Shown in pieces: positions 1 through 9,494 of a stretch of DNA of 64,000 nt (position 1 is its first letter; the number at the start of each line of letters is the position of its first letter). Source of the DNA: Chloroflexota bacterium (GTDB taxonomy: Bacteria; Chloroflexota; Dehalococcoidia; Lucifugimonadales; JADFKI01). A model generated the notes under the pieces. That model did not search any database. It saw nothing but the letters and a program-made list of their open reading frames with translations, and was not told the DNA's origin. A program made the position numbers and the translations under genes. The DNA is taken from contig VXNZ01000019.1 in the NCBI GenBank assembly GCA_009840355.1, forward strand, positions 101 through 64,100, written 5' to 3'.

Positions 1-300
1 GACTCCCTCAATGCCTGTGCGGTCGCCTGTTCACAACTCATTGCACGCTCCATTTCGGTGAATCTTCGCTCGCCGATCCAAAGTCTCAACAGCCTGATGG
101 TATCAACATAAGCGCCTGTCGTCTATAATCGCTTATGACTGCTACTGGCGAATATGCGGCAGATCAATGAATTACGATACCCTTCCTCCTCTCATGACGG
201 GGAAGGATAGGATGGGGAAGTAATCGGAATCGTGCAAGTCAAGATGGGCATGCATAAGCCCGAACCTGTCCCGGTAGATTCTTGCAAAGGCTGAAATACT

Positions 301-1512
301 GTGAGTGATATACAACGGCTGCGCGCGCTGCTCGAATCCGGCGCGCTGCTCCATCCCGTCTCAGACGCCATCAGCATCGTGGATTTCGCGAACGCGCTGC
401 ACAGCGTTATGGGTGTGCCGGATGTGCCGGCGCCATTGGGCGAAAGAGCCGCGCAGATCAGAGGACTAATTGGCGAACCGGAGCATCTCGTAATGGTGCT
501 CGCGGACGGATTCGGCATGAACTTCGTCGAGGCGCTCGACCATGATTCCTTCATTCGTCGGCACATCGCCACGGAAATGCGCACGGTATTTCCGTCCACG
601 ACGCCTATCGTGCTGACAACGCTCGCCACCGGACACTGGCCCGCGACGCACTCGGTCATCGGCTGGTTCCAGAGGCTGCGCGAGATTGACGCCGTATCGA
701 CGATTATCGCCTACCAGCGTACGGCGGACAAGAAGGCGCTGTCACAGCTGGGCGTGAGAGCAGAAACGGCGTTTCCCGTGCCGTCTCGCATGGGTAAGAG
801 CGACAAAGACGCGCTGCACTTTATGCCCGAACACATCGTTGCCACCGAATATTCCAATTATTGGACAGGCTACATCAAGCAGCATGGATACGATGCTGAT
901 CATCCACAGCAGGCGATAGAGATGGCCATTCAAGCCGTGCGAAAGTCCAGCCGCCCGACCAGCGTGTACATCTATTTGCCGCAGGTTGACAGCGCCGCCC
1001 ATGAACATGGCACTTGGCACGCGACCACGATGCAGACGGCGCGTGTCGTTGACCGGTTGCTGGCAACGCTGGCGGACGCACTGCCATCGAACGCGCGTCT
1101 GGTCGTTACCGCAGACCACGGCCATCTGGACGTGCCGCCAGACAGAACGCATGTCATCGAGAAATCGGACGAGTTGCTGAAGTTGTGCGACGGTCCGTTC
1201 ACCGGCGATCAGCGCGCAATATACGCCGATGTATCGGACGCCAACATGGACGCATTCAGGACGGCAATCCACGAGCGATTCGGCGGCGACTTCCTGGTAC
1301 TCACCGCGCAGGAAGTCGAGGAATGCGGGTTGCTGGGCGCTGCACCGTTGGCCGATGAAACCCGCCGCCGGATGCGAAAAGCGTTAGTATTGTCCACAGG
1401 CGACGCCGTGCTTGATTATCGTGCCACGCTAGATGACAGCCGTTTTCCGCTGCTCTCGCATCACGGAGGACTGACGCCCGCAGAGATTCGCGTTCCTTTA
1501 GTGCTCGCCTAA
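301..1512 (+). CDS. alkaline phosphatase superfamily protein (type I phosphodiesterase / nucleotide pyrophosphatase-like)
   Basis: 403-aa ORF with GTG start. Metal/nucleophile motifs VLADGFG, FPSTTP, VDSAAHEHG and VTADHGH are typical of the NPP/phosphodiesterase family. Confidence 0.75.
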   Translation: MSDIQRLRALLESGALLHPVSDAISIVDFANALHSVMGVPDVPAPLGERAAQIRGLIGEPEHLVMVLADGFGMNFVEALDHDSFIRRHIATEMRTVFPSTTPIVLTTLATGHWPATHSVIGWFQRLREIDAVSTIIAYQRTADKKALSQLGVRAETAFPVPSRMGKSDKDALHFMPEHIVATEYSNYWTGYIKQHGYDADHPQQAIEMAIQAVRKSSRPTSVYIYLPQVDSAAHEHGTWHATTMQTARVVDRLLATLADALPSNARLVVTADHGHLDVPPDRTHVIEKSDELLKLCDGPFTGDQRAIYADVSDANMDAFRTAIHERFGGDFLVLTAQEVEECGLLGAAPLADETRRRMRKALVLSTGDAVLDYRATLDDSRFPLLSHHGGLTPAEIRVPLVLA

Positions 1513-1545
1513 CGAGTATCACTGCCGTATGCATCATAGAACAGA

Positions 1546-2367
1546 CTAATTTCTGAGCAGCATACCCGGCTGACAACGGCGGCAGTAGCTCGTGATGCGC
1601 TTGTTCGCGGTAATCTGGCTAATAGCGTTGCCACAGCGAGGGCAAGGCTCGCCGCCTCTATTGTGCACCTGCAAGAATTCGCGCGCCTTGAGGTGAACAT
1701 TATCGCCGATACGCTCGCGGACTAGCGGTATTGCTGTTTCAACGACTCTACGCGACTGCTCGAACAGACGGAGCAGTTCGTCTTCCGACAGCGCTTTCCG
1801 CTTGCGAAATGGGTATATTTGCGCAGCAAACAGTATCTCGTCCACCCACGCGTTGCCGATGCCGGAAATCACGCGTCCTCGCGTCAGCACGCCTTTAATC
1901 TCACCGTGGAAGTGCTTGAGCCGCTGCTGGAACTCCTCGAAGGTGTAATCATCAAGCACATCCGGCCCCTGTTCATGCAGGCGGGGAATCACTTCAATCT
2001 GCTCTTCGCCAACATAGTGAACCAATCCCATCTGCTTATCATCGATGTAGCGCAAATCCTTACCGTCTGACAGCGCGAACCGCAAGCAAGTGCGCTTGTA
2101 CACGTGCTGTTTCGGCGGGCAGTATTGCAGCGCGCCAGTCAGCATCGGATTAATGGACAGCATGCGCCCTCCGGACAACCCAAGCAAAATAAACTTGCCG
2201 CGTCTGCACACGCTCTCGAATGCCCGACCCGGCAAGTCCTCTGAAATATCGCCGCATAACGACCGCAGTACACTCGGCTTCATCACCGTCGCGGACTCGA
2301 CCGACACACCGACCAGCTTATCGGCAAGAAAATCCTTAACCACTTCCAATTCAGGCGCTTCCGGCAT
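1546..2367 (-). CDS. Fpg/Nei family DNA glycosylase (formamidopyrimidine-DNA glycosylase-like)
   Basis: N-terminus MPEAPELEVV (catalytic Pro2/Glu); C-terminal zinc finger CPRCG...CRRCQ. The ORF-track start at 2502 was trimmed to the in-frame ATG at 2367, because the family starts with Met-Pro-Glu. Confidence 0.88.
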   Translation of the reverse strand: MPEAPELEVVKDFLADKLVGVSVESATVMKPSVLRSLCGDISEDLPGRAFESVCRRGKFILLGLSGGRMLSINPMLTGALQYCPPKQHVYKRTCLRFALSDGKDLRYIDDKQMGLVHYVGEEQIEVIPRLHEQGPDVLDDYTFEEFQQRLKHFHGEIKGVLTRGRVISGIGNAWVDEILFAAQIYPFRKRKALSEDELLRLFEQSRRVVETAIPLVRERIGDNVHLKAREFLQVHNRGGEPCPRCGNAISQITANKRITSYCRRCQPGMLLRN

Positions 2368-2605
2368 TTTTCGTACTCCACTTGCGTCATCAGATGGCAA
2401 CTTCAGTTGTCCCTTCTCTCTCTGGAGGAAGGTAACGATAAGGGCAACGTGTCCGCATTTATTCGGCAGAATTTCAACGCGGCAAGCCAACCTGCCACAC
2501 AATTAATCTTCCATCTTCGTATCCCAAGTTTCAAGGCGCGCGTGTGCTAGAATTGAGAAACAGACTAACTGCATCTGCACAAGGAAGAATCGTAACGGAG
2601 GAAGC

Positions 2606-3481
2606 ATGGAAAGACGACGGTTAGGCAGAACTGGACACGAAAGCACAGTCGTTACATTCGGCACCGCGGGACTTGGACGCGTAACCCAAGCGGAAGCGGA
2701 TGTCGCGGTGGAGCAGATACTCGAACACGGCGTCAACCACATAGACATCGCGCCAACCTACGGCGAGGCGATGGAGCGCATGGCGCCCTGGATGCCAAAA
2801 TTGCGCGACAGGATGTTCCTTGGCGCGAAGACCAGGGAGCGCACACGCGAGCTGGCATGGCAGAATATCGAGAGCTGCATGAGCAGACTCGGTGTGGAAT
2901 CGTTCGACCTGTTTCAGCTGCACTCAGTCGGTACTATGGCAGACCTAGACGCCGCAACCGCAAGCGGAGGCGCGATTGAAGCGCTGGTCGATCTGCGCGA
3001 GCGGGGCCTGACGACATGGCTCGGCATCACCGGGCACGGACCGGACGCGCCGCGCGTTCACCTAGAAGCGCTGCGGCGATTCGATTTGGACACGGTTATG
3101 TTCCCGCTGAACGCCACGCTGTACCGCAACCCGGAGTACCGCGAGGCTGCCGTAGAGTTGCTGGAAGTGGCGAACGAACGAGATGTCGGCATCCAGACAA
3201 TCAAGATGGTTGCGCGCGGCGGCTGGGGCGCCCGCGACCGTGAGCACGCCACTTGGTACGACCCGCACCGTGAGCAGGCAGAGATTGACGGGGCGCTCTG
3301 GTGGTTGCTGTCTCAGCCAATGCACACCGCGCCAAGCGTTGGCGATGTAGAACTGCTGCCACGCGCGCTAGACGCCGCTGAGCGCTACCGCCCACTGAGC
3401 GCGGACGAGCAGGAAGCCGTCGTAACTGGGCAACGCCCGCCACTTCCCGAGCCGGGACTAGGCATCCTGGCAGCGGATTAG
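2606..3481 (+). CDS. aldo/keto reductase
   Basis: 291 aa. N-terminus RRLGRTGHESTVVTFGT...GVNHIDIAPTYGEAE-like and a TIM-barrel AKR pattern. Confidence 0.85.
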   Translation: MERRRLGRTGHESTVVTFGTAGLGRVTQAEADVAVEQILEHGVNHIDIAPTYGEAMERMAPWMPKLRDRMFLGAKTRERTRELAWQNIESCMSRLGVESFDLFQLHSVGTMADLDAATASGGAIEALVDLRERGLTTWLGITGHGPDAPRVHLEALRRFDLDTVMFPLNATLYRNPEYREAAVELLEVANERDVGIQTIKMVARGGWGARDREHATWYDPHREQAEIDGALWWLLSQPMHTAPSVGDVELLPRALDAAERYRPLSADEQEAVVTGQRPPLPEPGLGILAAD

Positions 3482-3487
3482 GCGACG

Positions 3488-4159
3488 CTAGTCGTTCGCC
3501 GCGCCTCCGCTCTTGGTCGCTGCGACGACATACACCGGGTCCGAGTAGTGCGGCAGCTGCGGCGTGATGTTGTAAGCGCGGATGTCTTCCCAACCGCCGG
3601 AGTCGTCGCCGGAGTTCTGGAAGTACGACGCTATGAGCTGCGCGCGACGCCGGTTGTCAAGTGTCTGCCAGACGGCAATCGCCTTCGTCGGGAACATGCG
3701 GTTCGAGTAGATTACATGAAATGAAGCGCCTGGCTTGAGCGCCCGATTCACCGCCGCGAAGATTTCGACGGGCTTGACCATGTACTGAATGGAGACCGTC
3801 ACGACCGCAGCATCAAGACTGCTGTCATCGATCGGCAGCGCGGGGTCTGCGTTGATGTCGTGCACGATGCGCTCGTCCAGCTGCGAGTTCTCGGCGAGTT
3901 CGATGGCGTTCAGCCCGATGCCTATAAGCCGGTCTATCGGCAGATCGGGCGGCATGTGCGAGCGCCAGCTGGACATCAGGTCGAGGATGACGCCGTTCTG
4001 CGGCAGCGCCTCGCTGAAGTACTGGCTTATCGCGCCGATTGCCTCATAGTCGATGTGCACGACAAGGCGCGGCGCGGCGTAGAAAAGGCTGTCGTCGGAC
4101 TCGTCTTGCCGCCGGAACAGCTCAGGCGGGTACAGATTCCGGTCATCTCCGATTGTCAA
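3488..4159 (-). CDS. class I SAM-dependent methyltransferase-like protein
   Basis: 223 aa. VILDLMSSW (motif I-like) and AVVTVSIQYMVKPVEIFAAVNRALKPGASF (post-II/III), a Methyltransf_11-like pattern. Confidence 0.65.
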   Translation of the reverse strand: MTIGDDRNLYPPELFRRQDESDDSLFYAAPRLVVHIDYEAIGAISQYFSEALPQNGVILDLMSSWRSHMPPDLPIDRLIGIGLNAIELAENSQLDERIVHDINADPALPIDDSSLDAAVVTVSIQYMVKPVEIFAAVNRALKPGASFHVIYSNRMFPTKAIAVWQTLDNRRRAQLIASYFQNSGDDSGGWEDIRAYNITPQLPHYSDPVYVVAATKSGGAAND

Positions 4160-4224
4160 GAGCGATTGACCTCATGCGGCTAGGCTGGAATGAAAGACGG
4201 CACGACGGATCGAACGAGGGGATT

Positions 4225-4527
4225 ATGGCTAGTAAGTGGGATTTGAGCGAAGAAGATTGGGTAGAAGTCGCCGACCGCGCGCTGGAATTCGTGGACGACC
4301 CGGACGCGCGAGGGCTCATCCTGTATCGCTTCGAGGGGCAATACCTGCCCGCCCTCAGAAAGGCGCGCAACGCCGAGCAGACCTTCCGGGCGTGGAACGC
4401 CTTCTACGCCTATATGACATTCCGGGAGTCGCGCCGCAAGTTCTTCTCACTGTCCGACGGCGACGCACTACGAGTCATAACGACCTTAACCGATGTCCTC
4501 GACCTGCCGCCCTATTCAGGCGATTAG
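4225..4527 (+). CDS. hypothetical protein (100 aa)
   Basis: In-frame ATG at 4225 preceded by GAGGGGAT. The longer ORF-track start at 4039 overlaps the neighbouring methyltransferase gene. No recognisable domain. Confidence 0.4.
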   Translation: MASKWDLSEEDWVEVADRALEFVDDPDARGLILYRFEGQYLPALRKARNAEQTFRAWNAFYAYMTFRESRRKFFSLSDGDALRVITTLTDVLDLPPYSGD

Positions 4528-4569
4528 CGAGAACATCGGCCGTCTTTCGCGATAATATGTCCGCCCAGC

Positions 4570-4803
4570 CTAGCTGACCGTAGAGTTTGGATTGCGGACT
4601 GACAGGTCTTCTACGACCGCATCTCGGTCGGCGTCAGCGGCCCAGGGCGTAGGTATGACGTTCGTGCCGAACAGCCGGATGAGCTGCTGGTCCGGCGCGC
4701 CATCGATGAGATGCTCGGTGTGCCAGCCGTCATCCTGCTGCACGACCTTAATCTCGCGGTTCTCGCCCGTCCATCCGAAACTTACCATAACTGGTGCTGC
4801 CAT
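4570..4803 (-). CDS. hypothetical small protein (77 aa)
   Basis: Intact ORF with native-looking codon usage. No recognisable motif. Confidence 0.35.
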   Translation of the reverse strand: MAAPVMVSFGWTGENREIKVVQQDDGWHTEHLIDGAPDQQLIRLFGTNVIPTPWAADADRDAVVEDLSVRNPNSTVS

Positions 4804-5122
4804 CTGTTACCTCCCAAATGTGCTTGAAGTGCGTGGCACAAATCATTCGTATCAGGATTCGCCTGCTGCTATGCCGGCGAGTGCCCGCCCTACTTAGTCA
4901 ATGGCTAGATTTTAGAAAAATGCCTGCCAAATATCAATATCCGAACTGTGTGGGTAATGCGAATTCATTTCTGCCTCTGGCATCGGTGCCGTCTTTTAGC
5001 CCGTATCATCAGAATTTGATGATGCCGATGATATGTTTCAGCAGGCTTTCCAGCCTCTCGTATTCAAGAGTGGCGACTGCCTCACGCAACAGACAATACT
5101 GAACTGAAAACTTGCACATCGG

Positions 5123-5443
5123 TTAGCTATTAGACTGAGGTTGCCAAAGTGCGGCTAGACCTTCTTCTGGCACAGATACATAAACTTCAATACCAGGCCA
5201 CGACACCGTTGGGTTGAACTCACCCATGTGCTTCATCAGTCGGTCAGCTAATTCGTTAGCATGTTCCTGGTCCCGTTTGCCTTTGCCAATCTTGTATGCT
5301 GCATAGCCCACTGTAGCCACTGTGCCACCTACTAAGGCAAACGGTGCGAGAAGAGGCAAGCCTATGGCTGTTCCGGCAGATGCGACACCTATCCGGGCTA
5401 GTGTGCTTCCTAGGATAGCTTTGCCAATGACTGCGCCTACCAC
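5123..5443 (-). CDS. glycine-zipper membrane protein (hypothetical)
   Basis: The N-terminal 60 aa are Gly/Ala-rich small-xxx-small helices (GAVIGKAILGSTLARIGVASAGTAIGLPLLAPFALVGGTVATVGYAAY), followed by a soluble tail. GTG start; the frame stays open upstream to 5566. Confidence 0.45.
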   Translation of the reverse strand: MVGAVIGKAILGSTLARIGVASAGTAIGLPLLAPFALVGGTVATVGYAAYKIGKGKRDQEHANELADRLMKHMGEFNPTVSWPGIEVYVSVPEEGLAALWQPQSNS

Positions 5444-5543
5444 TGCTCCACTAGCAACTCCAGCACTAGCAGCACCTATGACCTTAGCGGCTTCGCTTGC
5501 TATGTCAGACGGGTCAGCGGCACCTTTCGACGGATGCTGGTAC

Positions 5544-5663
5544 TTAGTAGTTAAGGGGAATGCCCGTTACGGTCACAGACAACTTAGGGCGATTTTCAGG
5601 AAGTTCAAATTGCTCCAAATGGGCTTTCAACTCGTTGTAGAATTGGTTCGTATCGTCTGCCAT
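5544..5663 (-). CDS. micro-ORF (39 aa), hypothetical
   Basis: ATG at 5663 preceded by AGAGGTTAACA. Translates MADDTNQFYNELKAHLEQFELPENRPKLSVTVTGIPLNY. Lies between the RHH gene and the glycine-zipper ORF, and is below the ORF-track size cut-off. Confidence 0.3.
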   Translation of the reverse strand: MADDTNQFYNELKAHLEQFELPENRPKLSVTVTGIPLNY

Positions 5664-5719
5664 TGTTAACCTCTGTATGTTTCAAAACCATTGGCAAAAG
5701 ATGTTCTGACTCAGCAATC

Positions 5720-6136
5720 CTACGTCTCATCCTCGTCTACCATCCGCCGCAGCTCTTCCTTGGCATCCCGTATCTGTTGTATCTTCTCCGCGATGCGGTC
5801 GAAAAGCGGCTGCCGCGCCTTGATGCCCTCTGCTATCAGAAACGCCGCCGCCTCGGAGCGGCTGTTCATGATGCCAGCCTCTACCAGTTCGTCGAGGCGG
5901 TCGAGGCTTGCCTTGTCCACACGCACCATTACCACGTTTTCGCGGTTGCCGCGCATGCCCTGTATCGTGTCGCGCAGGTTCTCGCTGATGCTCTCGGCAG
6001 CGTCCACGCCCGACACAATCGCGCCGCGCACCGTCTTGTTCACTTCGTCCACAATCTCTTCGACATTGTCCGAAATCTTGCGCCTGTCCGCCTTTTGGTC
6101 CTGTCCGTTCTGCTGACTATCCCTCTTCTCATTCAC
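5720..6136 (-). CDS. ribbon-helix-helix (CopG-like) domain protein
   Basis: 138 aa. VVMVRVDKASLDRLDELVEAGIMNSRSEAAAFLIAEGI fits a beta-strand/helix/helix RHH pattern. The N-terminal 60 aa look polar and disordered. GTG start with AAAGGA 8 nt upstream. Confidence 0.55.
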   Translation of the reverse strand: MNEKRDSQQNGQDQKADRRKISDNVEEIVDEVNKTVRGAIVSGVDAAESISENLRDTIQGMRGNRENVVMVRVDKASLDRLDELVEAGIMNSRSEAAAFLIAEGIKARQPLFDRIAEKIQQIRDAKEELRRMVDEDET

Positions 6137-6154
6137 GGCAAGTATCCTTTCACT

Positions 6155-6181
6155 ATTACTAGTAACTAAATTACAAGTAAT
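6155..6181. promoter_or_regulatory. operator-like tandem palindromes upstream of the RHH gene
   Basis: ATTACTAGTAA (perfect palindrome TTACTAGTAA, 6156-6165) and ATTACAAGTAAT (6170-6181), 15 nt centre to centre, 20-45 nt upstream of the RHH start. Confidence 0.35.
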
Positions 6182-6346
6182 TATAGACTACCTCATACGG
6201 CATTTCAACGCACGGCCGGAGATTTTGAACTGACGGCTGTTTACTATCTCATTTGACTTGCGCCCGCGCATTCCCTATCGTTTACCGCATCGTCGCGGCG
6301 CCTCCTGTACGCCTGCGGCGCGCACTAGCAAGCTCGAAAGGACTCA

Positions 6347-7810
6347 ATGCAGGAAGACGATTCGCAGCCCCAGGATTCGCGGCAGACACCTACACCCGCC
6401 GCATCGACACGAGCGAGGCGATCCGGCGGCGCATCTCCCCGCACTCGCAGGCAGGCGGCACTCTCCCGTCGCGACCTGACGAAGGGCAGCATCCGAGGGC
6501 ATGTCTGGTACTTGGGATGGCCACAGGTCGCAGAAGGCTTTCTCGGGGTTGTGGATCAGGTCGCGGACTTAGTTTGGGCAGGCAGGCTCGGCTTCCACGC
6601 AATCGCCGGACTTGGCGCGTCTCAAGCGTATCTCAGCACCATTATGATGGCGCGCATGGGCTTGGATTCGAGCATGCGCTCCATGATTGCACGCTCGGTG
6701 GGGGCACGCCAATTCGCGCAGGCGAATCATGTGCTTGCGCAGTCGTTCACTCTCACATCCGCGCTGGCGCTGCTGATGATTACGGCAGGCATATTCCTCG
6801 CCGAGCCGCTGTTGCACCTCATCGGGATGAGCGACGCGGCTGTGGAGCAAGGCGCCGACTATATGCGCGTGCAGCTAGTCGCGATGGCATGCCTCAGCTA
6901 CCATCGCCTATTCGGTGGCGCGTTGCAGGCGTCCGGAGACAGCATCACACCGCTCAAGGCGGCGCTGGTCTCGCGCGTTATTCACATCGTGCTCAGCCCC
7001 ATACTGATATTCGGATGGCTCGGTCTGCCGTCAATGGGTCTCGCAGGCGCGGCGTTCGCGCGACTAGCCGCCGAGGTGGTCGGAGTCGGCATGACATACT
7101 GGGCGCTCCGCTCAGGAAGAGCGCGAATTAGTATGCGATTCCGCGAGTTCCGCGTGGACTTTCCGCTGATATGGACGCTCATCCGACAAGGCGTGCCTGC
7201 GTCGGTGACGAACATGCAGCGCGGGGTGTCGCAACTCGTTGTCGTGGGCGTGGCGGCGCAGTTCGGCGATGTGGCGCTTGCGGCGTTTGCACTGGCGCGC
7301 CGTGCGGAAAATGTGATCAACCAGAGTTCCCGCGGCATGGGACGGGCGGCAGGCGCGCTCGCCGGGCAGAATCTTGGAGCGGGTATCATCGACCGAGCGC
7401 GCAGCGCGGTGCGTTGGGGCATGATATTCGGCATAATGATGGCGGCGCCGTTCCTCGCGCTGATGCTCATATTTCCGGAGCCGGTCGCGGGCTTCTTCAA
7501 TGCGGACGCCGACTTCATCGGCATTGCATCGACGTGGCTGGTAATCGCCACCATCGGTTACATCTTCATGTGCCCGGTGCAGATATTCACGCAGGCGTTC
7601 AACACATCCGGCTCCACATTCGCGCCGATGGTCATAACTGTCGCGACGATGTGGGCGTTCGAGATTCCGCTGACTTTCATTCTGGCAAACTTCAGCGCGC
7701 TAGGGCATCTCGGAATCCCGGCGGCGATCGTAGGCGGCATGGCGCTGCGTCTCGTAGCGTTCACCTGGTACTACTTCCGAGGGACATGGTTGCGCACGGG
7801 GCTCGTCTGA
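6347..7810 (+). CDS. MATE family efflux transporter
   Basis: 487 aa with about 12 predicted TM segments. The N-terminal polar extension and then a WPQVAEGFLGVVDQVADLVWAGRLG-type first helix are typical of MATE/DinF/NorM. Start codon uncertain. Confidence 0.85.
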   Translation: MQEDDSQPQDSRQTPTPAASTRARRSGGASPRTRRQAALSRRDLTKGSIRGHVWYLGWPQVAEGFLGVVDQVADLVWAGRLGFHAIAGLGASQAYLSTIMMARMGLDSSMRSMIARSVGARQFAQANHVLAQSFTLTSALALLMITAGIFLAEPLLHLIGMSDAAVEQGADYMRVQLVAMACLSYHRLFGGALQASGDSITPLKAALVSRVIHIVLSPILIFGWLGLPSMGLAGAAFARLAAEVVGVGMTYWALRSGRARISMRFREFRVDFPLIWTLIRQGVPASVTNMQRGVSQLVVVGVAAQFGDVALAAFALARRAENVINQSSRGMGRAAGALAGQNLGAGIIDRARSAVRWGMIFGIMMAAPFLALMLIFPEPVAGFFNADADFIGIASTWLVIATIGYIFMCPVQIFTQAFNTSGSTFAPMVITVATMWAFEIPLTFILANFSALGHLGIPAAIVGGMALRLVAFTWYYFRGTWLRTGLV

Positions 7811-8007
7811 TCGGGTTGCGGATACCGCAATTCATTCAGAAATTATCGGGCGACTGATTGGATTAATGGTGTGAACGCGGCACATGCGACTGTGTTGAAG
7901 ACCACCTTCCGGGCTAATTCCGTGCCTGCTAACAACGCAGTGTGCTATCCTTCTCATTGGCAGATGAAACTAGCCGCAAGCACGTCAAGTCACAAGACAG
8001 TAGAAAC

Positions 8008-8589
8008 ATGGAAGAACGCACAACACTCGAAGAAACGAATCCGCACACGCAGGGCGCCGAAAACACCGCGCGGCGGCCGCACTGGTACCGCGACTGGATA
8101 TTGCTGGCAACGATAGTCGTCATATTCGTCGCTGATCAGCTGACGAAATTCGCCATCAAGGGGACACTCAGGCTCGGCGAATCCTGGCCCTCCGATGGGT
8201 TCGTGCGCATCACGCACGGAGCGAACACGGGTACGGCGTTCGGATTGCTCCCGAATCAGACACTGTTCCTGATATTCGCCTCCATCATCGCAATCGGCTT
8301 TCTCGTGTATTTCTACCGAGCGTACGCTATGCCGCGACCGATACTGCGCCTCGCCATAGGGCTGCAACTCGGTGGTGCGTTCGGCAATCTATTCGACCGC
8401 GTGGCATTCGGTGCAGTCACCGACTTCATCGATGTAGGCTGGTGGCCCATATTCAACATCGCCGACTCGTCTATCTGTGTCGGCATGGCGACGCTCATCA
8501 TAGTGCTGCTATTCTTCGATCGCCGCCCCGAATCTGATTCTTCACAGAACGCCACGCCGCAGCAAGTCAACAGCCGCGCCGACGAATGA
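8008..8589 (+). CDS. lspA: lipoprotein signal peptidase II
   Basis: Motifs ADQLTK, NTGTAFG, GGAFGNLFDR and FNIADSSI. Start is ambiguous: 7942 in the ORF track, or the ATG at 8008. Confidence 0.9.
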   Translation: MEERTTLEETNPHTQGAENTARRPHWYRDWILLATIVVIFVADQLTKFAIKGTLRLGESWPSDGFVRITHGANTGTAFGLLPNQTLFLIFASIIAIGFLVYFYRAYAMPRPILRLAIGLQLGGAFGNLFDRVAFGAVTDFIDVGWWPIFNIADSSICVGMATLIIVLLFFDRRPESDSSQNATPQQVNSRADE

Positions 8590-9494
8590 ACAACAAAGTG
8601 AGCGGCGAGCAGACATTCGTCGCAGACGCCGACGGCGAGCGGCTCGACAGGTTTCTCGACACCCGCTGCCCTGCCCTTTCGCGCTCAAGAATACAAGCGC
8701 TAATCTCCGGAGGCAGCGTTACGCTAGACGGCAGCGCCGCCAAGCCTTCGACGAAGATTAGGCGCGGTCAGACCGTTTCGCTCAGGATACCGCAGCCGGC
8801 GGAAAGTTCTCTGCGCCCGCAGAACATTCCGCTCACAATCGTCTATGAGGACATCGACCTTCTGGTTGTGGACAAGCCGGCGGGCATGACGGTACATCCT
8901 GCGCCGGGGCATCCGGACGGCACGCTCGTCAACGCGGTACTGGCGCACTGCCCGGACTTGCAGGGCATCGGCGGCACGGTGCGGCCGGGCATCGTGCACC
9001 GTCTGGACAAGGACACATCTGGGCTGATGGTCGTAGCGAAGAACGACCGCGCGCACCGTTCTCTGAGCGACCAGCTGAAGGCGCGCGAGTTTACGAAGGT
9101 GTACATCGCGCTCATGCACGGCAGCGTTACGCCCTCCGAGGCGATAATCAACGCGCCAATCGGCCGCTCACCGGCGAACCGCCAGCGCATGGCGGTCGTT
9201 GACGGCGGTCGAAAAGCAATCACACGCTACCGCGTCCTGCACCACTACCCCTCACACTCGCTCGTGGAAATCCGCCCCACCACTGGCCGCACGCACCAAA
9301 TCCGCGTCCACTTCGCATCGCTAGGCTACCCCCTGGTTGGCGACGCCACCTACGGCAAGGCAGACAATGCGCTGAACCGCCACTTCCTCCACGCCACGAC
9401 ACTAGGCTTCAAGCATCCGAGCAGTGGCGACTACCGCGAGTTTGGCGCGGCGATGTCGGCTGAGTTGGAAGAGTATATGCATGGGGTGCAGTAG
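8586..9494 (+). CDS. rluD: RluA/RluD family 23S rRNA pseudouridine synthase
   Basis: N-terminal S4 domain. Catalytic HRLDKDTSGLMVVAKND, plus TGRTHQIRVH. ATGA overlap with lspA; lspA-rluD synteny is conserved. Confidence 0.9.
   Translation: MNNKVSGEQTFVADADGERLDRFLDTRCPALSRSRIQALISGGSVTLDGSAAKPSTKIRRGQTVSLRIPQPAESSLRPQNIPLTIVYEDIDLLVVDKPAGMTVHPAPGHPDGTLVNAVLAHCPDLQGIGGTVRPGIVHRLDKDTSGLMVVAKNDRAHRSLSDQLKAREFTKVYIALMHGSVTPSEAIINAPIGRSPANRQRMAVVDGGRKAITRYRVLHHYPSHSLVEIRPTTGRTHQIRVHFASLGYPLVGDATYGKADNALNRHFLHATTLGFKHPSSGDYREFGAAMSAELEEYMHGVQ

Noticed and set aside
1-54. Possible 5' end of a minus-strand gene leaving the window (MERAMSCEQATAQALRES...)
   Set aside because: Only about 17 codons are visible. 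An anti-sigma zf-HC2-like start is conceivable, but there is not enough sequence to support a call.
6253-7131. 292-aa plus-strand ORF (and 6258-6479, 7171-7857, 6982-7554) overlapping the MATE transporter gene
   Set aside because: They are out-of-frame or antisense shadows of a high-GC gene. Their translations are Arg/Ala/Gly-rich with no motifs, whereas the 6347-7810 frame gives a coherent 12-TM MATE protein.
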